Positions 9,182 to 16,580 of a stretch of 16,699 nucleotides of DNA are shown piece by piece. The notes under the pieces are model-generated. The model worked only from the letters and a program-made list of their open reading frames with translations. It made no database searches and was not told the DNA's origin. The translations under genes were made by a program, and so were the position numbers. The stretch is from an uncultured Verrucomicrobiae bacterium. Its GTDB lineage: Bacteria; Chlamydiota; Chlamydiia; Chlamydiales; Rhabdochlamydiaceae. The stretch is from assembly GCA_963813135.1 (NCBI GenBank), contig CAWEXY010000005.1, forward strand, positions 1 through 16,699, written 5' to 3'. How positions within the stretch are numbered: position 1 is the first letter of the stretch; every line of letters starts with the position of its first letter.

Positions 9182-9438
9182 AATCACTCTCCCTCCGCCG
9201 GCATTATCCAGGTCAGGTTATTTTAAACGCGAGTTCATGATCAGCACCCATGAATATCGGTATCTTTCAGTGCCTTTTGCGCCAAAACTCGCTTGCTGGC
9301 GGCGTCTTCGACGCCAGCTTCGCTTATTTTGGTGCAAAATCCACCTGAAATCTCACCGATCTTAACTGGGCGGAGATCCCGAACTCGCGTTTGTTAAGGG
9401 TTTTTCTCAGCCAATATATTTTGGCACCCCTGGTGGTT
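9182..9438 (-). promoter_or_regulatory. TPP (thi-box) riboswitch, aptamer interrupted by a ~168-nt insertion
   Basis: Minus strand, 5' half: AACCAC-CAGGGGTGCCAAAATATATTGG-CTGAGA-AAAACCC (9438-9398). 3' half: AACCTGACCTGGATAATGCCGGCGGAGGGAGAGTGATT (9219-9182). Both halves match the TPP consensus, and the 3' end overlaps the SD of the MFS gene. Confidence 0.9.
9225..9392. mobile_element. Palindromic MITE-like element inserted in the riboswitch
   Basis: Perfect 12-bp terminal inverted repeat AAACGCGAGTTC (9225-9236) / GAACTCGCGTTT (9381-9392). Nested inverted pairs ATCGGT/ACCGAT, TTTCAG/CTGAAA and TTTTGCGCCAAAA/TTTTGGTGCAAAA surround a central GGCGTC-TTC-GACGCC. No transposase. Confidence 0.72.
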
Positions 9439-9450
9439 TTTGATGCGATT

Positions 9451-9459
9451 ATTATGACA
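9451..9459 (-). promoter_or_regulatory. Putative extended -10 promoter for the riboswitch leader
   Basis: The minus strand reads TGTCATAAT about 12 nt upstream of the P1 5' strand. No clear -35. Confidence 0.35.
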
Positions 9460-9492
9460 ATTTGAATGATTTCCAGCTAGAAAAAGTCTTTC

Positions 9493-9521
9493 TTGATCAA
9501 ATTTTGTCTTTCTCTTAAGGT
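9493..9521 (+). promoter_or_regulatory. Putative sigma70/66-type promoter for the rightward operon
   Basis: TTGATC-N17-TAAGGT, about 25 nt upstream of ATG 9546. Confidence 0.3.
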
Positions 9522-9545
9522 ATCTGAAAACCAGAGAGCTTGCAC

Positions 9546-10373
9546 ATGATTCTCGTCTACCTCCTACTAATACTGGCCACTCCCCTATCTGCAGCAGACC
9601 TTTGGAAAGGAAAGGAATACGCGCAAAACTCCGAATCTCAGCGCGTGTCTGCAGTGGCATTCCTAGAAAAATTATCGCTGGAGGGCAATGAGAAAATCTT
9701 AGACGTCGGATGCGGAGATGGAAAAATCACGGCAGAGATCGCCCGCATTCTCCCGCGAGGCTATGCTGTGGGGGTCGACATTTCTCCCTCGATGATACAA
9801 ACGGCAAAAACTACTTTTGCCGATCGAGAAAACGTTCATTTTGTTATCCGCAACGCTGCAGAGCTCAATTATGTGAATCAGTTCGATATCATTACCTCGT
9901 TCCGCGTGATGTTCTGGGTTCTTGAACAAGAAAAAGCGCTGCGTTCGATGTATACCGCTCTTAAAGACGGCGGAAAAGTATGCATTCAAATGCCCACAGG
10001 CCTTCCCGCCCCTTTACTAGAGGCCATACAACTTACGACTTCTCAAGATGCTTGGAAAACTTATTTTGCCGGATTCAATCCCCCTTGGCGCTTTTATCAA
10101 CCCGATGAGTACCGGGCCCTTCTTTTAAGAGCGCAGCTAACGCCTAAGCGCATCGAGGTCGTGCACAAAGAAGAATACTTTCCTTCTCGCGCAGCTTTCC
10201 ATGGCTTTATTCGCCAATGGCTCCCGTACTTATGGCCCCTTCCCGAACATTTGAAAGATAAGTTCCTCTCACAAGTGATCGATCTGTATCTTCAAAAAAC
10301 AGGAACTTCTCCCAATGGAAAAGTCCCTTTCTTTCTGGACCATTTAGAAGTCGAAGCGGTGAAAAACCCATGA
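9546..10373 (+). CDS. Class I SAM-dependent methyltransferase (Tam-like) with signal-peptide-like N-terminus
   Basis: ILDVGCGDG, GVDISPSM, FDIITS and LKDGG motifs; N-terminus MILVYLLLILATPLSAAD. Confidence 0.88.
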   Translation: MILVYLLLILATPLSAADLWKGKEYAQNSESQRVSAVAFLEKLSLEGNEKILDVGCGDGKITAEIARILPRGYAVGVDISPSMIQTAKTTFADRENVHFVIRNAAELNYVNQFDIITSFRVMFWVLEQEKALRSMYTALKDGGKVCIQMPTGLPAPLLEAIQLTTSQDAWKTYFAGFNPPWRFYQPDEYRALLLRAQLTPKRIEVVHKEEYFPSRAAFHGFIRQWLPYLWPLPEHLKDKFLSQVIDLYLQKTGTSPNGKVPFFLDHLEVEAVKNP

Positions 10374-11032
10374 ATTTAGTCATCGAAGCCAGAGAAACGC
10401 GCATCTTGGGAGCCTGTTTTGAAAACGATGAACTTGTCGATGCCTTCATGTTTTCGGTTCCTCTGGCCGATGAATTTTTAAAACGCCTCGAAGGAAAGAA
10501 CTTTGAAAAAATTCTCATCGCCCCGGCACATAATGGCGCTGCTGATGCCGTCCAAAAAATTCTGCCCGCGGGCGTAATAATGCAGCCCAGCCGCTTCTCT
10601 AAGCTTTGGCAAGAAAGAAAGCCTCTAACCTCTAGTCAGATTGCTAATATCTATGGCGCCTTGTATCATTTTCCTTCGAACGATTGCATCATCATTGACC
10701 TAGGCGAGACAATGCGATGCGATTATGTGACGAGCCAAGGGCAATATCTAGGAGGAGCTATTTTTGCTTTTCAAGCATCGGCAGACAAGCCAGCGGATGT
10801 CCTCGCCGACGAGCAGGCCACCGGCGCCTATTTCGGCTTGCTAGGCGCAGCCGAGAGAATAGCCGCAGAATTGCGCGCGACCTCTGCATCGCCCAGTACC
10901 GTCATGGCGATTGCTACAGGACTGCCTACCGCAAGCGAAATGCTTTCCGACGACTTAAGTGATTTTGTCGATGCCATCGATCCCTATTTGGCGATGAGAG
11001 GATTAAATGAAATTCTGAAGGAGAATAAATAA
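10370..11032 (+). CDS. Type III pantothenate kinase (CoaX)-like protein, degenerate motifs
   Basis: DCIIIDLGETMRCDYVTSQGQYLGGAI, IATG and DPYLAMRGL match the CoaX layout, but the DxGNT, GADR and DxGT motifs are substituted. ATGA overlap with the methyltransferase. Confidence 0.65.
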   Translation: MNLVIEARETRILGACFENDELVDAFMFSVPLADEFLKRLEGKNFEKILIAPAHNGAADAVQKILPAGVIMQPSRFSKLWQERKPLTSSQIANIYGALYHFPSNDCIIIDLGETMRCDYVTSQGQYLGGAIFAFQASADKPADVLADEQATGAYFGLLGAAERIAAELRATSASPSTVMAIATGLPTASEMLSDDLSDFVDAIDPYLAMRGLNEILKENK

Positions 11033-11033
11033 C

Positions 11034-12629
11034 ATGTCAGCCACAGCAAAAGAACTTATTTTCGAAGAAGATGCGCGAGAAAAACTCCGTTTAGGGATAG
11101 AACAGCTCGCCGATGTCGTAGGCGTCACGCTCGGCCCCAAAGGCCGCAACGTCGGCCTTCAAGCCAGCTGGGGCGCGCCGAATATCACCAATGACGGCAA
11201 TAGCATCGTTAAAGACATCGAATTTAAGGACCAATATCTCAACATGGGCGCTCTCATGGGCAAAGAGGTCGCTTCCAAGATGAAAGAAACATGCGGCGAT
11301 GGAACTACTACGAGCATTCTGCTTCTCCGCTCGCTCGTCCAAAACGGCGTGAAAAATATCGCATCGGGATCCAGCCCCATCGGCCTCAAGCGCGGCATGG
11401 ATAAAGCCGTCGACGCCATCCTCCAAGAGATCGACAAAATGGCCATCGCGATCCAAAGCGATGATGAAATTCAAAATATCGCCACCGTCTCCGCTTCCAG
11501 CAACACCGAAATTGGCCAACTCATAGCCGAAGCGATCAAAAAAACAGGCAAAAAAGGTGTGATCACCATCGAAGAGGGCAAGACCACTGAAACGGCCATC
11601 GAAATGGTCGAAGGCATGCAGTTTGACCGCGGATATAGCAGCCCCTACTTCTGCACCAACCCCGAAACTCTCACCGCAGAGCTTGCCCAGGCCAAGCTTC
11701 TCATTACGGATAAGAAAATCACCTCGGCGCAAGAAATCTTGACTATCCTCCAAGGCGTCGCAAGCACAGGGCAAGAGCTGCTCATCATCGCCGATGACAT
11801 CGACGGCGACGCTCTGTCCACTCTCGTCGTCAACCGCCTGCGCGGCCTCTTAAAAGTCTGCGCCGTGAAAGCGCCCGGCTTTGGCGATCGCCGCAAAGCA
11901 ATCTTGGAAGATATCGCCATTTTGACTGGCGCCACCGTCATCTCAGAAGATAAAGGAATGACCCTCAAAGATGCGGGCATCGAGGTGCTCGGCGAAGCGG
12001 AAAAGATCATCGTTTCAAAAGAGGCGACCACTCTCGTCGGCGGCAAAGGCGATGCCAAGGCCATCGCAGACCGCGTCAAGCAGATCGAAGTCGAGTCCCA
12101 AAAAGCCGCCAATGCCTATGACAAAGAGAAGTTCGATGAGCGCAAAGCAAAAATGTCCGGCGGCGTCGCCGTCATCAACGTCGGGGCCGCAACGGAACCC
12201 GAAATGAAGCAAAAAAAGCAGATGTTCGAAGATAGCTTGAACTCGACAAAAGCAGCGCTGGAAGGAGGGATTGTTCCCGGTGGCGGAATCGCCCTACTAC
12301 GCGCCAGCGCGGCCCTGCAAAACATGAAACTGCAAGGCGATGAGCTGACCGGCGCGCAGATCGTCTTTAAATCGTGCGAAGCTCCTTTCCGTCAAATCGC
12401 GCAAAATACCGGGTTCGACAGTTCCGTCATACTCGATGAAGTTCTTTCTAAAGAGACAAACTTTGGGTTTAATGCCCTCTCAGAGAAAGTCGAAGACCTC
12501 GTCAAAGCTGGCGTGATCGATCCTGCCAAAGTTGTGAAGAGCGGACTCAAGTTCGCCGCCTCAACCGCCGGCATGGTCCTACTTTCTGAAGTCCTCATAG
12601 GCGATGCTCCTGAGGAAGAAGAAAAATAA
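11034..12629 (+). CDS. groEL: Chaperonin GroEL paralog (no adjacent groES, no GGM tail)
   Basis: TLGPKGRNV, TNDG, GDGTTT, EGMQFDRGY, KAPGFGDRRK, GGVAVINVGA, GIVPGGG and GVIDPAKV motifs; ends in APEEEEK. Confidence 0.97.
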   Translation: MSATAKELIFEEDAREKLRLGIEQLADVVGVTLGPKGRNVGLQASWGAPNITNDGNSIVKDIEFKDQYLNMGALMGKEVASKMKETCGDGTTTSILLLRSLVQNGVKNIASGSSPIGLKRGMDKAVDAILQEIDKMAIAIQSDDEIQNIATVSASSNTEIGQLIAEAIKKTGKKGVITIEEGKTTETAIEMVEGMQFDRGYSSPYFCTNPETLTAELAQAKLLITDKKITSAQEILTILQGVASTGQELLIIADDIDGDALSTLVVNRLRGLLKVCAVKAPGFGDRRKAILEDIAILTGATVISEDKGMTLKDAGIEVLGEAEKIIVSKEATTLVGGKGDAKAIADRVKQIEVESQKAANAYDKEKFDERKAKMSGGVAVINVGAATEPEMKQKKQMFEDSLNSTKAALEGGIVPGGGIALLRASAALQNMKLQGDELTGAQIVFKSCEAPFRQIAQNTGFDSSVILDEVLSKETNFGFNALSEKVEDLVKAGVIDPAKVVKSGLKFAASTAGMVLLSEVLIGDAPEEEEK

Positions 12630-12645
12630 AAAAGGGAGGTACGTT

Positions 12646-13671
12646 ATGTGTGATTTGTTGAAGAAATCGATCGTATTTTTTGGCATTTGGTTAGGTGCTG
12701 TCAGCGCTTCCGAAGTGGAAGTGTTGGACCTGGATGTTATTCCCTACGAAGCTTTTGTCCGCGATGACCCGGCTGCATTGGGCGTGCTGAAGAAAGCGCT
12801 CCACGAGAAAGGCATCGTCGGGATCCGCGGGATTCCTGGATATAAAGAAAAAGTCCTTAACTACATTCAAATAGCCCGGCAATTTTCTGCCCTTCCTGAA
12901 GAAGTTAAAGAAAGCTATGCCCCAAACCACGATCTTGGGGAGACATTTCTCGGCTACGAAAAAGGCAAAGAAAAATTCAAGCGCCCGGATGGCCGATGGG
13001 TTGTCGACGATCTCAAAGTCTCCTATTACGGATTTGTCCCTGAAAACTCCCTCAACAAGTGGCCTCGTGAAATGGATTTGAGTACTCCTTTTCAAGAATT
13101 AGGAGGCTTGATGTCTGAAATGGGCGAAGCTGTCATGAAGAAAATTGGGCTTGTCGGGCCTGCCACGGGCATTTCTTTAGATGGAACACCCCGCGTGGGA
13201 CGCATGCTCTATTATCGAAAAGCCGAAAATAGCGCCGTTGACAATCCTTTCTGGTGCGGCGCTCACTTTGATCACGGCATGTTCACAGCGCTCCTCCCCG
13301 CTTTTTATTTCGTAGATGGAAAAGCTGTTCCCGAACCTATAGAAGCCGGTCTCTTTGTTAAAACAACGTTAGGAGAAGTCTTTAAGAAAGTTATGGCAGA
13401 CGACCCCGAAGTCATGATGTTTCAAGTGGGAGAGTTTGGCCAACTTGTAACCAACGATGGGATTAGAGCTACCGAGCATCGTGTTCATAAAGCAGCGGGT
13501 TCAATAGAACGCTATACGATGGCGCTCTTTTTTGAGGCTCCCATGGAGACCACGATCCATTCCACTTCCGAGCTGACCAAAGATAGCCGGTACGGAGGTA
13601 TCGCAGGAGACGCTTGTACCTATCAACGATGGGGTGAAGAATCCTTCAAACGCTACATCGTGAAAGAATAA
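12646..13671 (+). CDS. 2-oxoglutarate/Fe(II)-dependent oxygenase (IPNS-like) with signal-peptide-like N-terminus
   Basis: HxD motif (AHFDHG), distal His (TEHRV), RYT (RxS/T). GGAGG lies just upstream of ATG 12646. Confidence 0.82.
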   Translation: MCDLLKKSIVFFGIWLGAVSASEVEVLDLDVIPYEAFVRDDPAALGVLKKALHEKGIVGIRGIPGYKEKVLNYIQIARQFSALPEEVKESYAPNHDLGETFLGYEKGKEKFKRPDGRWVVDDLKVSYYGFVPENSLNKWPREMDLSTPFQELGGLMSEMGEAVMKKIGLVGPATGISLDGTPRVGRMLYYRKAENSAVDNPFWCGAHFDHGMFTALLPAFYFVDGKAVPEPIEAGLFVKTTLGEVFKKVMADDPEVMMFQVGEFGQLVTNDGIRATEHRVHKAAGSIERYTMALFFEAPMETTIHSTSELTKDSRYGGIAGDACTYQRWGEESFKRYIVKE

Positions 13672-13692
13672 AAAAGCTTGCCCAAATTTTGA

Positions 13693-13726
13693 AGGGCCAT
13701 TTTGTTGACCTCAACAAAATGGCCCT
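13693..13726. terminator. Perfect 16-bp inverted repeat between convergent genes; probable bidirectional terminator/stabiliser
   Basis: AGGGCCATTTTGTTGA-CC-TCAACAAAATGGCCCT. There is no strong U-tract on either side. Confidence 0.6.
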
Positions 13727-13759
13727 CGCTTAAGAGGAAGCTGTAAAATGGAAAAAGAC

Positions 13760-15334
13760 TTAAAAATCTTTCTCTTTGTGGATGAGGTGCCCCAGTCCGA
13801 AGCTATGCAGAAGCTGGGCCGGCTCTTCTTGGACCTCAGTGAGAAGAAGCCGCGCCTCTTCTTTTAAGCATCGCTGCTCCAATTCCCTGAGCGCATGAAG
13901 GCCTGTCGCATCGAGAAGCGGAACATGGAGCATTTTGAGCACAAAAAACTTTGGCCGATGAGGCAGATTTTGGAATGCATCTTTGAGCCGATCCGCCACC
14001 CCAAAGAAAAAAGGGCCCCGGATCTCGATCACCTCGATGCCTTTCTCGGTATCTCGATGCGCATTGGATAATAATTGCTGATTCTCGCTCATGCGCTTCA
14101 TGAAAAGAAATGCCGCTAGGATCATCCCCACTTCCACCGCCACCGTGATATCGACGAGGACGGTGAGCAAAAAAGAGGCCAGTAAGATAACGACATCCCC
14201 TTTCGGAGCTTTGAGCAGGTGGATAAAGAACGGCAAATGGCTCATATTCCATGCCACGACAATGAGGACGGCCGCCATAGCTACGAGAGGAATGGCCCCG
14301 ACCAGCGGGGCAAAAAGTAAAATGACTAAAAAAACGGTAGCCGCATGGATCATGCCCGCGAGCGGCGTCTGAGCCCCCGATTTCACATTCGTCGCCGTAC
14401 GGGCAATCGCTGCCGTGACAGGAATGCCGCCAAACGCGATCGAGCCTAAATTGCCTATCCCTTGCGCTACCAGTTCGCAGTTGGACTTATGCCGCGTTCC
14501 CATCATACCGTCGGCAATCACCGCGCAAAGAAGAGACTCAATAGCAGACAAAAGCGCAATCGTAATGGCATCAGGGAAAACATCCAAAACACGGCTCCAC
14601 TCTAAAGAAAAACTGGGGGCCGGAAGCGTCCGGGGGATTTCTCCGAAGCGCGAGTTGATCGTCTCAAGGGGCAGATGAAAGAGCGCCGCAACGAGCGTGG
14701 CTGCGACGATCCCCCCGATTGCCCAGGGAAAAGAAGGAACATATCGACGCAGACCCATCAGAAATAAGAGCGTCCCAAAGCCGAAGGCGAGCGTTACCGG
14801 GTCGCACGTCGGCATAGCTAAAAAATAGACTTTCCATTTAGCCAAGAACTCGGCGGGGACGGGCCCGGTTTGAAGACCAAAAAAATCTTTTATTTGAGAC
14901 GAAAAGACGATGACGGCGATCCCCGTTGTAAAGCCCGTTGTAAGAGGGGTAGGAATAAATTTAATTAAAGAGCCTAGACGAAAAAGGCCCATGGCGATGA
15001 GCATCAGCCCCGCTAGGAAGGTCGCAACAACCAATCCCTCATAGCCATGCCGTTGAACGATAGAATATACTACCACCACAAAGGCGGCCGTAGGTCCCGA
15101 AATCTGCACACGGCTCCCCCCAAAAAGAGCGACTAAAAAACCTCCGACAATGGCGGTATAAAGCCCTTTTTCAGGGTCCACGCCCGAGGCGATCGCCAGC
15201 GCCATCGCGAGGGGGAGGGCGACCAAGCCGACAGTGACGCCAGCCAGTAAATCTTTTTTGAAAAACTGGCGCTGGTACTTGCGCAAAAGCAAATAAGATT
15301 TTGGGATGAATTCCTGGTAATTTTTTAATCGCAT
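13760..15334 (-). CDS. SulP/SLC26 anion (sulfate/bicarbonate/dicarboxylate) permease with C-terminal STAS domain
   Basis: DLLAGVTVGLVALPLAMA, GLYTAIVGG, GGSRVQISGPT, NCELVAQGIGN, RTATNVKSGA, and STAS motifs GPFFFG and LDATG. Confidence 0.93.
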   Translation of the reverse strand: MRLKNYQEFIPKSYLLLRKYQRQFFKKDLLAGVTVGLVALPLAMALAIASGVDPEKGLYTAIVGGFLVALFGGSRVQISGPTAAFVVVVYSIVQRHGYEGLVVATFLAGLMLIAMGLFRLGSLIKFIPTPLTTGFTTGIAVIVFSSQIKDFFGLQTGPVPAEFLAKWKVYFLAMPTCDPVTLAFGFGTLLFLMGLRRYVPSFPWAIGGIVAATLVAALFHLPLETINSRFGEIPRTLPAPSFSLEWSRVLDVFPDAITIALLSAIESLLCAVIADGMMGTRHKSNCELVAQGIGNLGSIAFGGIPVTAAIARTATNVKSGAQTPLAGMIHAATVFLVILLFAPLVGAIPLVAMAAVLIVVAWNMSHLPFFIHLLKAPKGDVVILLASFLLTVLVDITVAVEVGMILAAFLFMKRMSENQQLLSNAHRDTEKGIEVIEIRGPFFFGVADRLKDAFQNLPHRPKFFVLKMLHVPLLDATGLHALRELEQRCLKEEARLLLTEVQEEPAQLLHSFGLGHLIHKEKDF

Positions 15335-15361
15335 AGGCTACAATCAATACAGAGGTATAAT

Positions 15362-15734
15362 ATGAATCATTCTAAACGTCCCATGACAGCTCAACTTCGA
15401 AAAAAAATGCGCAAGGCCATCAGAAGCGCGGTCCCCAGACCTGAAGAACGACTTACCAATAAAGATATCAAGGCCGAAGATCTCTTGTCCACACTTCGCC
15501 CGAAAAAAAAAGAAAAAAGAACTCGAAATCTTAAAATCTGTCGAAAAATCTCTTAAAATTAAAAAACAAAAGACCGCTAAACAATCGAAGCGCACCACTC
15601 CAGGCCGCGTCGATGAAGAGCGAGAACAGCCTGCCGCCCCTCATTTCGTGCATGTCGAAGGCGTTCGTTGGACAAAAACTCTCCAAAAACAGACACTCGC
15701 GCAGAATAAAATCATGTCGCGCAAAAAGAAATGA
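15362..15734 (+). CDS. Small Lys/Arg-rich hypothetical protein (~123 aa), frameshifted at an A9 run
   Basis: The ORF from ATG 15362 (AGAGG upstream) stops at 15556. Removing one A from A9 (15503-15511) continues it as KKKKKELEILKSVEKSLKIKK...VDEEREQPAAPHFVHVEGVRWTKTLQKQTLAQNKIMSRKKK to TGA 15734, which forms an ATGA overlap with the next gene. Confidence 0.6.
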
Positions 15735-16580
15735 CGCTCCGTTTTGCTCAGATCTCAGATCTTCATTACGCCCATGCGTCTTGGAACCCCCGGCAATTTT
15801 TTTCAAAGCAATGGCTGGGGAATTTTAACCTGCTGCTCTTTAGAAAAAAGCAGTTCTTGCCCGAGAGGCTCGATCACCTCGTCCCTTTATTGAAAGAAAA
15901 AGGAATTAACAACCTCGTCGTCTGCGGGGATATCTCGTCGACCTCCCGCCATGCGGAATTTGCTATGGGAAAAGCGTTTATTGAGAAAACAGGCATCAAA
16001 ACGCTAGCGGTACCGGGGAACCACGATCACTATACACGCCAGGCCTATCGCGAAAAATGGTTCTATGATTATTTCCCTGCCAAGTACCAGGGCGAGTTCA
16101 ACCTCAAAGACCATAGCGTGGCCGCTGAAAAATTAGCTCCTGGATGGTGGATGGTCCTTCTCGATACAGCCATCGCAACATCCCTTGCCTCCTCCGAGGG
16201 TCTTTTTTCTATCGTGGCAGAAGCCCACTAGAAAGGCTCCTGCGCCAAATCCCTGAAACCGACCGCATCATTTTGGTAACCCACTACCCTCTTTTCTCTC
16301 CGGACCATGATCGCAAACAGCTTCTGCGCGCCTCAGCTCTGCAAGCGCTGCTCCGCCGCCACAGCAACGTCAAACTCTATCTCCATGGCCATACCCATCG
16401 CCACTGCATCGCCGACCTCCGTCCTGACGGACTGCCGATCCTTCTCGATGCAGGAACCGTCTCTTTCGAAAACGAGCGACGTGCAATTTCTTCGAAATTT
16501 CTGATCAACAATGCACCATCGACGTCTATAGCTTTGGCAATAAATGGGAAAAAGAACGGAGCACTTCTTTTACGTGGTAA
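15731..16580 (+). pseudogene. Calcineurin-like metallophosphoesterase (Icc/CpdA-like), broken by two -1 frameshifts (possibly sequencing errors)
   Basis: SDLH, CGD and PGNHD are in the first frame (to 16231). THYP and LHGHTH are in the second frame. A third frame gives a plausible C-terminus ...ATCNFFEISDQQCTIDVYSFGNKWEKERSTSFTW* ending at 16580. Confidence 0.8.

Noticed and set aside
9138..9660. ORFs 9138..9365 (+) and 9394..9660 (-)
   Set aside because: They overlap the riboswitch, the palindromic insert and neighbouring genes, use weak starts, and show no protein motifs.
11091..12598. Several long antisense and alternate-frame ORFs over groEL (e.g. 227 aa, 155 aa)
   Set aside because: Expected shadow ORFs from biased codon usage of a conserved gene; no recognisable motifs.
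14649..14656. CGCGAGTT match to the MITE end inside sulP
   Set aside because: Only an 8-nt match with no partner inverted repeat, inside an intact CDS; consistent with chance.
15362..15734. Naming the basic protein as chlamydial LtuB or Hc1/Hc2
   Set aside because: Only compositional similarity; no recognisable sequence match from memory.
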